Source: Catenibacterium mitsuokai (lineage in GTDB: Bacteria > Bacillota_I > Bacilli_A > Erysipelotrichales > Coprobacillaceae). From it: 32,000 bases of DNA. Position 1 is the stretch's first letter, and every line of letters starts with the position of its first letter. Shown here piece by piece: positions 1 through 9,442 of the stretch. Where the stretch lies: the NCBI RefSeq assembly GCF_025148785.1, contig NZ_CP102271.1, positions 77,434 through 109,433 of the forward strand, in the 5' to 3' direction. The notes under the pieces are model-generated. The model saw nothing but the letters and a program-made list of their open reading frames with translations, made no database searches and was not told where the DNA came from. Made by a program: the position numbers and the translations under genes.

Positions 1-1
1 T

Positions 2-754
2 AAGTCAGATTCTAAAACTATTACAGTCGGTGCAACAACTTCACCACATGCTATTATCTTAAAGCATGTCCAGCCAGAATTTGAAAAAGCAGGATATACA
101 TTAAAGATTAAGGAATTCTCAGATTATCCTAATATCAACCCATCTACTTCAGATGGTTCATTAGATGCAAACTTCTTCCAGCATCAGCCATACTTAACTT
201 CTTACAACAAGGATAAAGGTTATAAGAAGGGTGATGATGGATATCTAGTATCCGTTGGTGCAATCCACTTTGAACCTTTAGGATTATATTCAACTAAATA
301 TAAAGCAGTATCTGATATTAAAGATGGTGCTAAGATTGCAATTCCTAATGATGCAACAAATGAAGCAAGAGCTTTATTATTACTTGCAGATAATGGTGTT
401 CTTACATTAAAGAAAGATGCAGGTGTAACTGCAACTAAGAAGGATGTTGTATCTTACAACAAAAAAGTTGAATTAGTAGAAGTAGATGCTGCACAGGTAG
501 CTTCTAAATTACCTGATGTTGATTTCGGTATTATTAATGGTAACTATGCTTTAGATGCAAAAGTAACTGATAAGATCATCACTTCTGAAGATTCAAATTC
601 TGAAGCAGCAAAGACTTACCAGAATATCATCGCTGTAAAAGAATCAAACAAAAACAATAAAGCAATTAAGAAACTTGTTGAAATCTTAAAGAGCGATAGC
701 ACTAAGAAATGGATTGAAAAGAAATTCGGAGTATCTGTAAAACCTGCAGAATAA
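2..754 (+). CDS. metQ: MetQ/NlpA-family methionine ABC transporter substrate-binding lipoprotein (5' end lies outside the window)
   Basis: Open frame from position 2 to TAA at 752-754. The translation (KTITVGATTSPHAIILKHV...DANFFQHQPYL...NDATNEARALLLL...IINGNYAL) matches the conserved NlpA/MetQ blocks. A terminator follows. Confidence 0.8.
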   Translation, partial: KSDSKTITVGATTSPHAIILKHVQPEFEKAGYTLKIKEFSDYPNINPSTSDGSLDANFFQHQPYLTSYNKDKGYKKGDDGYLVSVGAIHFEPLGLYSTKYKAVSDIKDGAKIAIPNDATNEARALLLLADNGVLTLKKDAGVTATKKDVVSYNKKVELVEVDAAQVASKLPDVDFGIINGNYALDAKVTDKIITSEDSNSEAAKTYQNIIAVKESNKNNKAIKKLVEILKSDSTKKWIEKKFGVSVKPAE

Positions 755-763
755 TGAATTGAG

Positions 764-787
764 GCGGTCAATTGACCGCTTTTTATT
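764..787 (+). terminator. Intrinsic terminator after metQ
   Basis: GCGGTCA-at-TGACCGC hairpin followed by a T-run. Confidence 0.8.
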
Positions 788-838
788 TATCTAGAAGAGT
801 ATTTCTTATATAATAGTTCTATAAGGAGGTCAATCTTT

Positions 839-1366
839 ATGGAATTTGATCAGTTATTAAAAGAAAGATATTCTGTTAGAAAGTTTTCTAATCAGAAGGT
901 AGAAAAAGAAAAAATAGATAAAATATTAGAAGCTGCAAGAATAGCACCTACAGCTGTAAACTATCAGCCACAAAGAATACTTGTAGTAGAAGATCCAGAT
1001 AATCTTGCAAAACTAAAGGAATGTACTAGATATCATTTCCATGCGCCTCTCGCAATGATCTTATGTTATGACAAGACTGTATCATGGAAAGATATGCATA
1101 ATAGAGAATGTGGTGAAGTAGATGTGTCTATTATGGCTACATATATGATGCTTAAACTCTTTGATTTAGGATTAGGGTCTACTTATGTAGGTTCTTTTGA
1201 TTATAAGGAGTTAATCAAACAGTTTAATATTCCTGAAAATTATGTACCAGTGATGATCTTACCTATTGGTTATCCAAGAGAGGATTGTGTACCTGGACCA
1301 ATGCATGATAAGAGAAAACCACTCAATGAGATTGTCTCGTATGAGGAATATACACAGGGGGAATAA
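839..1366 (+). CDS. Nitroreductase-family oxidoreductase
   Basis: N-terminal RYSVRKF motif plus the ...APTAVNYQP block typical of the NfsB/FRP-like nitroreductase fold. AAGGAGG RBS upstream. Confidence 0.8.
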   Translation: MEFDQLLKERYSVRKFSNQKVEKEKIDKILEAARIAPTAVNYQPQRILVVEDPDNLAKLKECTRYHFHAPLAMILCYDKTVSWKDMHNRECGEVDVSIMATYMMLKLFDLGLGSTYVGSFDYKELIKQFNIPENYVPVMILPIGYPREDCVPGPMHDKRKPLNEIVSYEEYTQGE

Positions 1367-1368
1367 TA

Positions 1369-1830
1369 ATGGAGTTATTAATAAAACAATTAGAAGAACT
1401 TATTTCACCAAATGAATGGTTTGTGACTAACTTGTCTAATGCAAGTGCGTTACTCGTGGATGCGATTGATGATTTAAGCTGGGTAGGATTTTATATGATG
1501 AGAGCAGGGGAACTTGTCTTAGGTCCTTTCCAGGGTAAAGTGGCATGTACACATATTAAAGTAGGTAAAGGGGCCTGCGGTGTATGTGTACAGGGAGATC
1601 AGACAATTCTTATTGAAGATGTGACGACATTCCCTGGCTATATTGCCTGTGATGCAGAAGCAAAGTCTGAAATTGTAGTCCCTTTACATGATGAAGAAGG
1701 TAAAGTGATTGCGGTATTGGATGTTGATTCGAATAGTTTAGGTCGTTTTGGAGACAAGGAACAGGAGTTATTTGAGGCTCTTGGAAAAGTATTGGAGAAA
1801 TCATTATGGAGCGAAAAAGCAGACGTTTAA
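1369..1830 (+). CDS. msrC: GAF-domain protein, free methionine-(R)-sulfoxide reductase-like (YebR/MsrC family)
   Basis: WVGFY...LGPFQGKVACTHIKVGKGACG...FPGYIACD...SEIVVPL...VLDVDS matches the fRMsr GAF signature. Confidence 0.75.
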   Translation: MELLIKQLEELISPNEWFVTNLSNASALLVDAIDDLSWVGFYMMRAGELVLGPFQGKVACTHIKVGKGACGVCVQGDQTILIEDVTTFPGYIACDAEAKSEIVVPLHDEEGKVIAVLDVDSNSLGRFGDKEQELFEALGKVLEKSLWSEKADV

Positions 1831-2324
1831 GTTATATTCTCAGACATTGTCCAGAAAGTATTGATCTTGAACTAGATGATCATGGATATGGTGATGTTAA
1901 TAAGATATTAGAAGCGTTAAATATCACAATAGAAGACTTAGATATGATTGTGAGAGAAGATGAGAAACAGCGCTATTCATATAATGGAGATCATACAAGA
2001 ATACGTGCAAATCAAGGACATTCTATTCCTGTGAATGTGGATTTAAAAGAAGTACAACCACATGATATTCTTTATCATGGAACAGCGACTCGTTTTGTAC
2101 CTTCTATTCTAGAAGAAGGTATATTAAGTCAGACACGTATATATGTTCACTTATCTCAAGATATAGAAACCGCAATGACGGTTGGTTCAAGACACGGGGA
2201 ACCATATGTCTTTACTATTGATACTAAACAGATGTATGAAGATGGATACAAGTTCTATCTTTCAGAAAACAATATCTATCTTACAAAGATTATACCTGCA
2301 AAATACTTGAAGGCTTCCACTTAA
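1806..2324 (+). CDS. kptA: RNA 2'-phosphotransferase (Tpt1/KptA family)
   Basis: LSYILRH...DDHGY...RIRANQGHS...LYHGT...VHLS motifs. GGAGA RBS 7 nt upstream. The start overlaps the 3' end of the preceding gene by 25 nt. Confidence 0.85.
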   Translation: MERKSRRLSYILRHCPESIDLELDDHGYGDVNKILEALNITIEDLDMIVREDEKQRYSYNGDHTRIRANQGHSIPVNVDLKEVQPHDILYHGTATRFVPSILEEGILSQTRIYVHLSQDIETAMTVGSRHGEPYVFTIDTKQMYEDGYKFYLSENNIYLTKIIPAKYLKAST

Positions 2325-2336
2325 GGAAGCTTTTTT
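2313..2336 (+). terminator. Intrinsic terminator after kptA
   Basis: GCTTCC-acttaa-GGAAGC followed by T6. The hairpin spans the kptA stop codon. Confidence 0.7.
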
Positions 2337-2375
2337 GTGCTATACTTGTTGAGAGAATATGAAGGAGGGGGTTTT

Positions 2376-4721
2376 ATGACTCTAGATGAGTTAAAGATTG
2401 GTGAAAGTGCTACAGTGACTTATGTAGGGGGCTCTGGGTCATTAAGACAACATTTCCTAGATATGGGTTTAATACCAGGTTCTGTTGTAACATTGGAAAA
2501 ATTCGCCCCAATGGGTGATCCAATGGAATTACGTATTCATGGCTATGAGCTAACATTACGTTTAGATGATGCAAAAAAGATTGGAATAGATATGACAACT
2601 AAAGGTGTAGAGAATCATACACCTATTCCACCTATTCAACACCATATTCATCCAGGACTCGGTGAAGGTGGTAAATATCATGATAAAGAGACTGAAAATC
2701 CTTTATCAGAAGGAACACAGATTACCTTTGCGTTAGCAGGTAACCAGAACTGTGGTAAAACGACATTATTTAATCAATTAACAGGTTCTAATCAACATGT
2801 AGGGAACTTCCCTGGTGTGACTGTTGATAGAAAGAGTGGGTCTATTAAAGGACATCCAGAAACACTTGTAACTGATTTACCAGGTATTTATTCTTTATCT
2901 CCTTATACAAGTGAAGAATTAGTATCTAGACAGTATATCTTAGATGAAAAACCTAAAGGAATCATCAACATCGTAGATGCAACAAATATAGAAAGAAACC
3001 TATATCTCACTATGCAGTTAATGGAACTAGATGTACCAATGGTTCTAGCACTGAATATGATGGATGAAGTAAGAGGTAATGGTGGTTATGTTCATCTAAA
3101 TAAGATGGAAGAACTATTGGGTATCCCAGTTGTTCCTATTTCTGCTGCTAAGAATGAAGGTATTGATGAACTAGTGAATCATGCCATCCATGTAGCGAAA
3201 TATCAAGAAGCACCTTTAAGACAGGACTTTTGTGATGAAAATGATGAAGGTGGAGCAGTGCATAGATGCTTACATGCCATCATGCATTTAATTGAAGACC
3301 ATGCAAAGCGAGCTGGTATTCCATTACGTTTTGCGGCTAATAAATTAGTAGAAGGTGATGCAAGAGTAGAAGCAGCCTTAGACCTTGATACAAATGAAAA
3401 AGAAATGATTGAACATATCATTTCACAGATGGAAGAAGAAAGAGGATTAGACCGTACTGCTGCTATTGCGGATATGCGTTTTACCTTTATTAATAAATTA
3501 GTTAAAGAAACAGTGGTTAAACCACATGAAAGTAAAGAAAGAGAAAGCAGCCGTAAGATTGATGAAGTCTTAACAGGTAAATACACTGGTCTTCCTGCTT
3601 TTATCATTATTATGGGACTCGTATTCTTTTTAACATTTAATGTACTTGGTGCCTGGGGACAGTCACTTATGGAAATAGGCGTTGATGCTTTGACTCAAGT
3701 TGTAGATAAAGGACTCACTGCTTGGGATATTAACCCAGTCCTTCATTCATTAGTCATTGATGGTGTATTCCAGGGTGTTGGTTCTATTATTAGTTTCTTA
3801 CCTATTATTGTTATTTTATTCTTCTTCTTATCATTATTAGAAGATACAGGATATATGGCTCGTGTCGCTTTTGTAAGTGATAAACTACTCAGAAAAATCG
3901 GTTTATCAGGAAGAAGTATTGTGCCAATGTTGATTGGATTTGGATGTTCTGTACCAAGTGTTATGGCCAGCCGTACACTCCCTTCAGAACGTGACCGTAA
4001 GATGACAATCATGTTGACACCATTTATGAGCTGTACTGCAAAGCTTCCAATCTATGCATTCTTTGCAGCTGCATTCTTCCCAAAACAGGCTGGACTGGTC
4101 ATGGTTGGATTATATATCTTTGGTATTGTGATGGGTATTATTACAGCCCTCATTTCTAAGCGTTTCTTATTCAAAGGTGAAGCTGTTCCATTTGTGATGG
4201 AACTCCCTAACTATCGTATGCCTAGCGCAAAAACTACTTTCCAGTTATTATGGGAAAAAGCCAAGGATTTCTTACAAAGAGCCTTTGGTATTATCTTTAT
4301 CGCTTCTATTGTCATTTGGTTCTTACAGAGCTTTAATTTAAGATTAGATTTAGTCTCTAATTCACAGGATAGTATTCTTGCAATGGTGGCAGGATTTATT
4401 GCGCCAATCTTCAAACCTTTAGGTTTTGGTGATTGGAGAATTTCTACATCACTTATTGCAGGATTTATGGCAAAAGAAAGTGTTGTTTCTACACTCTCAG
4501 TATTATTTAAAGGAACAGAATCTTTAATGACAATACTTACACCTCTCGGTGCATTATCACTCTTAATATTCTGTTTATTATATACACCTTGCGTGGCAGC
4601 TATCGCTTCTATTAGAAGAGAACTAGGCGCTACATGGGCTGTGAAGATAGTTATCTTCCAGTGTGTTATTGCCTGGATTTGTGCCTTTATCGTACATACT
4701 ATTGGATTACTCTTCATATAA
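2376..4721 (+). CDS. feoB: Fused FeoA-FeoB ferrous iron transporter
   Basis: An N-terminal FeoA SH3-like domain (MTLDELKIGESATV...HGYELTLR) is followed by a His-rich linker. Next comes the FeoB G-domain (AGNQNCGKTTLFN, DLPG, NMMD) and the polytopic permease. I prefer the ATG at 2376 with a GAAGGAGGGGG RBS over the track start at 2337. Confidence 0.9.
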   Translation: MTLDELKIGESATVTYVGGSGSLRQHFLDMGLIPGSVVTLEKFAPMGDPMELRIHGYELTLRLDDAKKIGIDMTTKGVENHTPIPPIQHHIHPGLGEGGKYHDKETENPLSEGTQITFALAGNQNCGKTTLFNQLTGSNQHVGNFPGVTVDRKSGSIKGHPETLVTDLPGIYSLSPYTSEELVSRQYILDEKPKGIINIVDATNIERNLYLTMQLMELDVPMVLALNMMDEVRGNGGYVHLNKMEELLGIPVVPISAAKNEGIDELVNHAIHVAKYQEAPLRQDFCDENDEGGAVHRCLHAIMHLIEDHAKRAGIPLRFAANKLVEGDARVEAALDLDTNEKEMIEHIISQMEEERGLDRTAAIADMRFTFINKLVKETVVKPHESKERESSRKIDEVLTGKYTGLPAFIIIMGLVFFLTFNVLGAWGQSLMEIGVDALTQVVDKGLTAWDINPVLHSLVIDGVFQGVGSIISFLPIIVILFFFLSLLEDTGYMARVAFVSDKLLRKIGLSGRSIVPMLIGFGCSVPSVMASRTLPSERDRKMTIMLTPFMSCTAKLPIYAFFAAAFFPKQAGLVMVGLYIFGIVMGIITALISKRFLFKGEAVPFVMELPNYRMPSAKTTFQLLWEKAKDFLQRAFGIIFIASIVIWFLQSFNLRLDLVSNSQDSILAMVAGFIAPIFKPLGFGDWRISTSLIAGFMAKESVVSTLSVLFKGTESLMTILTPLGALSLLIFCLLYTPCVAAIASIRRELGATWAVKIVIFQCVIAWICAFIVHTIGLLFI

Positions 4722-4748
4722 TTATTTTTTTAAAAATAGTTGTAATGT

Positions 4749-4777
4749 TTGATACATTTATTGTGATTAATTATAAT
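4749..4777 (+). promoter_or_regulatory. Candidate sigma-A promoter for the 4803 gene
   Basis: TTGATA (4749-4754), 17-nt spacer, TATAAT (4772-4777). Confidence 0.5.
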
Positions 4778-4802
4778 AAAAGTATTGAAGGAGGTGTTCG
4801 TC

Positions 4803-5243
4803 ATGAGATTATCTAAAATCATACTTTATTCAGATGCGAAAGGACGTGGAGTAAAACCGGATGCTTGCGTAGAAGTCAGTCAGCGTTTAACAATCATGCG
4901 TGATGGACACATCTGGTTTACTGGATATGATTATGGAGATGGATTTAACTCTAGAAGAATCATTAGACGTAAAAGAGTGAATATAGGTCAGGAAAAAGCA
5001 GAAACACTCTTAGAGCTATTAAGAGAATTCTTTCTTGAAACATCTAATCATCCATCCTCTACAAATCGTGACTGGTGGCGTATTCAGTTAATTGATGAAG
5101 ATGGACATGAATACAACTATAATGTATCTGTCGTAGGAGATGTTATTCTTAAAGAAATTGATATGACACAATATATGAGGAATATTATTCCTATAGATGA
5201 TATGTACTTGTTTGGGAAAAAGGATTCACATAATTTGACATAA
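4803..5243 (+). CDS. Hypothetical protein (146 aa), no recognisable domain
   Basis: The ATG at 4803 is preceded by GAAGGAGGTG; the track start at 4785 is a TTG that overlaps this RBS. The gene has its own promoter and terminator. Confidence 0.6.
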   Translation: MRLSKIILYSDAKGRGVKPDACVEVSQRLTIMRDGHIWFTGYDYGDGFNSRRIIRRKRVNIGQEKAETLLELLREFFLETSNHPSSTNRDWWRIQLIDEDGHEYNYNVSVVGDVILKEIDMTQYMRNIIPIDDMYLFGKKDSHNLT

Positions 5244-5346
5244 TCGAATTATAATCTTAACACAATCATTAAGTATTATATATATCGTAGTCAAACAATC
5301 CCTTCCCTTCGTTAGGCTACAAAGTACAAGTGTAAATACAAGAAAG

Positions 5347-5380
5347 AAGATAAGTGTTCCCCATGCTTATCTTTTTTCTT
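5347..5380 (+). terminator. Intrinsic terminator
   Basis: AAGATAAG (5347-5354) pairs with CTTATCTT (5366-5373), followed by a T-run. Confidence 0.75.
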
Positions 5381-5440
5381 TATCATATAGTTTGTGTTTA
5401 CTAACTAGTTTATGTAGTATGAATGACAGGAGGTATTTAT

Positions 5441-6187
5441 ATGGTTTTAATTATACCCTTTATTGGAACAACATTAGGTGCAGCTTGTGTGTTCTTTATG
5501 AAAAAAGAATTAAGTATGAATATACAAAAAGCACTCACTGGATTTGCAGCAGGTGTAATGGTTGCTGCCTCTATTTGGAGTTTAATTATTCCTTCACTTG
5601 AGCAGGCATCTACCTTTATTCCTACCCTTATTGGATTTTGGTTAGGTATTCTATTCTTATTATTACTTGATCATTTGATTCCTCATATGCATTTAGATCA
5701 TAGTCAGGAAGGACCGCGTAGTCACTTATCTCAAACAATCAAGCTTGTACTTGCAGTCACGATTCATAACATTCCTGAAGGAATGGCAGTCGGTATTGTT
5801 TATGCTTCTAACTTATCAGGAAATCCTACAATTACGGCTATGGGTGCACTCGCATTATCACTAGGTATCGCAATACAGAATTTTCCTGAAGGTGCTATTG
5901 TATCCATGCCTTTAAGAAGTACAGGGGCGTCTCGATTGAAGTCTTTTATGTATGGCACATTATCAGGTATTGTAGAACCCATAGGAGGTCTTATTACAAT
6001 CTTACTTGCACGTTATATTATCTCAGTGATGCCTTATCTACTTAGTTTTGCGGCAGGCGCAATGATGTATGTGGTAGTAGAAGAATTAATTCCTGAGATG
6101 AGTCAGGGAGAACATTCACACCTAGGTGTCTTGTTTTTTTCAGTAGGTTTTACTTTGATGATGGTTCTAGATGTGGCATTAGGTTAA
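5441..6187 (+). CDS. ZIP-family divalent metal (zinc/iron) transporter, ZupT/GufA-like
   Basis: HNIPEGMAVG and QNFPEG motifs, multiple TM segments and a His-rich loop (HMHLDH). I prefer the ATG at 5441 after GACAGGAGG. Confidence 0.85.
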   Translation: MVLIIPFIGTTLGAACVFFMKKELSMNIQKALTGFAAGVMVAASIWSLIIPSLEQASTFIPTLIGFWLGILFLLLLDHLIPHMHLDHSQEGPRSHLSQTIKLVLAVTIHNIPEGMAVGIVYASNLSGNPTITAMGALALSLGIAIQNFPEGAIVSMPLRSTGASRLKSFMYGTLSGIVEPIGGLITILLARYIISVMPYLLSFAAGAMMYVVVEELIPEMSQGEHSHLGVLFFSVGFTLMMVLDVALG

Positions 6188-6251
6188 TTCGTAGTATTCA
6201 TCTTTACTATTATTTGAATTAAGCATAAGATAGAGATAAGAGGTGAAATAA

Positions 6252-7199
6252 ATGCGAAAGATACTCATAGTTTTATTGATGTCTTTGTTTTTTATAAGCC
6301 CAGTTTATGCAGATAATCATGTAGTCAATGTAAGTTATGATGGTGAAGTAACAACGGCTTCTGGAACAGCACCATCACTTCCACTCAAGGCAAGGATTAC
6401 TTTCTATGATGGGAGTGAGAAGGATTATAATATCGACTGGAATACATATGATGAAAGCTTATATAAGACAAGAAATGCAAGTCAATTTACTGTCACAGGT
6501 TCTATTTCAGACTTGCAGCTTACTACAAATTGTATAGTGAATGTAGAAGCGGCTAAAATAACGCATATCGATGAATTGTCTAATAAAACAGTGATTATAG
6601 GAAGTGCACTTTCTTTACCTGCAACAGCTTCTGTGACTTGGTCTAATGGAGATCACACAAATGAAGTGATTAAATGGGATAACTATGATGGGAATGCATT
6701 GAAGTATGTGCATACTTTTTCATTAAAGGGCTATGTGTATAACAGTACAATTATACAGACGGTTCATGTGAAGGATGCATCTGTTACAAGTGTGAGTGTT
6801 CCTGCAGTTGTTTCTACTACAGCGGGTGTAGAAGCAGAATTACCACAATATGCGACAGTCAGATATTCCAATAAAACAAGTAAGAAAGTAAAAATCATCT
6901 GGGATAATCAAGTTTTTAATGAACCAGGTAAATATACAGTTTATGGAAAACTATCTCATTCTACACATAAGGTATCTATTCGTGTAGAAGTGAAGAAAAA
7001 TGAAGATAATACACAAACACCAGAACAGAAACAACCTGTAAAAAAGACAAAGACAGAGAAAAAGAAGAAGGTTCAAAAAGAAGAGAAATCATCGTTTTCT
7101 TATGTGATGGCATTAGCTGTATTTATGGCTTTTGTGTTTGGGTTTATTACATTAATTTCTTTTATTAAAAGAAAGATTAGAATTCAAGAGAATCGTTAA
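6252..7199 (+). CDS. Cell-surface protein with three Ig-like (Big_4-type) repeats, a signal peptide and a C-terminal TM anchor
   Basis: Signal peptide MRKILIVLLMSLFFISPVYA. Three repeats of about 75 aa follow the pattern LP..A.V.(Y/W)S(D/N)G....V.I.WD......G.Y.V.G. A K-rich linker and a hydrophobic anchor follow. Confidence 0.7.
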   Translation: MRKILIVLLMSLFFISPVYADNHVVNVSYDGEVTTASGTAPSLPLKARITFYDGSEKDYNIDWNTYDESLYKTRNASQFTVTGSISDLQLTTNCIVNVEAAKITHIDELSNKTVIIGSALSLPATASVTWSNGDHTNEVIKWDNYDGNALKYVHTFSLKGYVYNSTIIQTVHVKDASVTSVSVPAVVSTTAGVEAELPQYATVRYSNKTSKKVKIIWDNQVFNEPGKYTVYGKLSHSTHKVSIRVEVKKNEDNTQTPEQKQPVKKTKTEKKKKVQKEEKSSFSYVMALAVFMAFVFGFITLISFIKRKIRIQENR

Positions 7200-7215
7200 G
7201 GATTCTCTTTCTATT
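7187..7215 (+). terminator. Intrinsic terminator
   Basis: AGAGAATC-gttaag-GATTCTCT followed by a T-rich tract. It overlaps the stop codon. Confidence 0.7.
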
Positions 7216-7252
7216 TTTATTTACATAGTAAGCGCTTGCTGGAGGGTAGGAT

Positions 7253-8158
7253 ATGAATGAAATAAGGGGTGTTAGAAAAAAGAATGTGATGAAGATTATT
7301 CAATCATTAGTGAAACAAGGTGGTTGTACTAAGAATGAATTAGTATTTTATACAGGTTTATCTTTGTCTACGATTGATAGTCTTTTAGAAGAAATGTTGA
7401 AAAGTAATCGAGTGATTAAGGCAGGCTATAGAGAATCAACAGGTGGAAGACCAAGCATGTCTTATAAGGTGAATGGAGAATTTTCACAGACTTTATGTAT
7501 TTATGCATATAAGCATGATAAGACAATAACAGTTATAGGACGTCTTTATAATCTTTATAGTGAGATGATGGAAGAAAAGAGAAGGGATATACCTAAGTTA
7601 GATTGTGATGTATTGTGTTCTTTTATAGATGAGATGTTGAATGAACAGGTGCATACAATATGCCTTTCTTTACCTGATTGTGATATAGATATAAATCATC
7701 GTTATAAACAACGAGTATTCGTAAAGAATGATGTGTATATGGGAGTTATAGGCGCTTATATTAAGCATATGCAGTATGATTCTATAGTCTTATTAGATTC
7801 AAAAGTCAATTCACGTTTAGGAATAGTGGTACATGGACATCTTGTAGAAGGAAAGAGTTCTATTGCTGGACAGATTCGTTATATGCCTTTGATAGAAAAT
7901 AAGAATAGACGTTCTATGAAAGGCAGAAGCCAATCACTTGTCATAGAACTACAGAATATTATTGGTATGTTGAATCCTGAAGCCATTGTGATATGTGCTC
8001 AAGGTATTGATCAACATTATGTAGAAGAAGAATTATTAAAGATCTTTAAAATGAATGATATGCCACACTTGATATATATTGATGATTTTATTGATGAGGT
8101 CATGTTAGGTATGGAGAGTATAAGTAAAGACAGTTTATTTGACAATCTATCAAGATAA
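7253..8158 (+). CDS. ROK-like transcriptional regulator (winged-helix N-terminus plus a degenerate sugar-kinase-like domain)
   Basis: The N-terminal wHTH (NVMKIIQSLVKQGGCTKNELVFYTGLSLSTIDSLLEEM) resembles ROK repressors. The C-terminal part lacks the ROK CxCGxxGC zinc motif. Confidence 0.5.
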   Translation: MNEIRGVRKKNVMKIIQSLVKQGGCTKNELVFYTGLSLSTIDSLLEEMLKSNRVIKAGYRESTGGRPSMSYKVNGEFSQTLCIYAYKHDKTITVIGRLYNLYSEMMEEKRRDIPKLDCDVLCSFIDEMLNEQVHTICLSLPDCDIDINHRYKQRVFVKNDVYMGVIGAYIKHMQYDSIVLLDSKVNSRLGIVVHGHLVEGKSSIAGQIRYMPLIENKNRRSMKGRSQSLVIELQNIIGMLNPEAIVICAQGIDQHYVEEELLKIFKMNDMPHLIYIDDFIDEVMLGMESISKDSLFDNLSR

Positions 8159-8186
8159 AGTATGATGGTAGAAAGGGGTGAAATAG

Positions 8187-8969
8187 ATGTCACAAACAGT
8201 ATTGATTACAGGTGCTTCTAATGGAATAGGGAAAGCTTGTGCACGTGTGTTTGCGAGAAAAGGTTATGATCTTGTACTTGTAGCACGTCATAGAGAAAAA
8301 CTAGAAGCAGTAAAAGCAGAATTATCAGAATATGATGTAAATATTAAAGTGGTTGCGATGGATCTTACAGGAGAAGATGCTGCTGTGGATTTATATAATA
8401 ACTTAGTTCTTGATGATATAAGTATTGATATTCTAGTAAATAATGCAGGTTTTGGAGATCATGGTGCATTCCATGATTCATCGTGGGAAAAACAGAAAAA
8501 GATGGTTTTATTGAATATAATGGCTTTAATGCAGATGACTTATGTATTTGGTCAGTCAATGAAATTGAGAAAGAAAGGCCGTATATTGAATGTGGCTTCT
8601 ATTGCAGGACTTTGTGCAGGACCTTATATGTCTACCTATTATGCAACGAAAGCTTTTGTATTGTCTTTTAGTGAATCCATTGCGTATGAGTTAAAGGATT
8701 ATAATGTAGAAGTATCATGTTTATGTCCTGGTCCTACTAAAACAGGATTTATGGATGTAGCTAACTTAGGTCAGTCTCCGATGTTTAAATTATTTAAACC
8801 ACAGTCTGCAGAAGCAGTGGCTGAAATAGGTATTCAAGGATTGTTTGATAATCATTTGGTTCAGTTTACTGGTTTATCAGGACACTTATTAAATCTTGCC
8901 GCAAGACTCTTACCACGTTCATTTTTGAGTTCATGTACAGGATTTGTGAATGGAAAGAGAAAAGTATGA
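8187..8969 (+). CDS. Short-chain dehydrogenase/reductase (SDR) family oxidoreductase
   Basis: TGASNGIGKA cofactor motif, NNAG motif and the S...YxxxK catalytic motif (YYATK). Confidence 0.9.
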   Translation: MSQTVLITGASNGIGKACARVFARKGYDLVLVARHREKLEAVKAELSEYDVNIKVVAMDLTGEDAAVDLYNNLVLDDISIDILVNNAGFGDHGAFHDSSWEKQKKMVLLNIMALMQMTYVFGQSMKLRKKGRILNVASIAGLCAGPYMSTYYATKAFVLSFSESIAYELKDYNVEVSCLCPGPTKTGFMDVANLGQSPMFKLFKPQSAEAVAEIGIQGLFDNHLVQFTGLSGHLLNLAARLLPRSFLSSCTGFVNGKRKV

Positions 8970-9442
8970 TTGAACATCCATTAGAACCAATCATAGATGA
9001 ACAATGTGAAGTATTGATACTAGGGAGTTTCCCTTCAGTTAAATCAAGGGAAATTTCTTTCTATTATGGACATCCTCAAAATAGATTCTGGAAGATTATT
9101 GGTACGATCACACAAACAGACTATGAAACAATAGAAGATAAGAAAAAGATGTTACTGGAACATCATATTGCGATATGGGATATTATCCACTCATGTACGA
9201 TTATTGGAAGCAGTGATGCCTCTATTAAGGATGTAGTACCCAATGATATTAAGACATTAATACAAGGTACAAATATCAAAAGAATATATTGTAATGGAGG
9301 CACATCATTAAAACTTTATAAGAAATATCAGGAAAAAGAAACAGGAATCAAAGCGATACTTCTACCTTCCTCTTCTCCTGCCAATGCCCGTTATCGATTA
9401 TGTGATTTAGTTGATATATGGAAGAAGAAATTGACTTTATAA
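8966..9442 (+). CDS. Uracil-DNA-glycosylase-superfamily protein, DNA-deoxyinosine glycosylase-like
   Basis: LILGSFPSVKS...YYGHPQNRFW motif. The ATG at 8966 overlaps the SDR stop codon (ATGA coupling); the track start at 8933 is less likely. Confidence 0.7.
   Translation: MIEHPLEPIIDEQCEVLILGSFPSVKSREISFYYGHPQNRFWKIIGTITQTDYETIEDKKKMLLEHHIAIWDIIHSCTIIGSSDASIKDVVPNDIKTLIQGTNIKRIYCNGGTSLKLYKKYQEKETGIKAILLPSSSPANARYRLCDLVDIWKKKLTL

Noticed and set aside
4758-4778. Possible Fur box (TGTGATTAATTATAATAAA) upstream of the 4803 gene
   Set aside because: It matches the 7-1-7 Fur consensus TGATAATnATTATCA at only about half the positions. It coincides with the AT-rich -10 region, so the resemblance is likely compositional.
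5392-5601. 69-aa ORF overlapping the ZIP gene start; the track start at 5423 for the ZIP gene
   Set aside because: The 69-aa ORF is an alternative frame without an RBS. The ATG at 5441 follows GACAGGAGG and gives a typical ZIP N-terminal TM helix.
8483-8671. Small ORFs at 8483-8671 (+), 8365-8559 (-), 24352-24579 (+) and 26593-26853 (+)
   Set aside because: Each is nested in an alternative frame or antisense to a well-supported gene (SDR, argJ, ISL3 transposase), with no RBS and odd composition.
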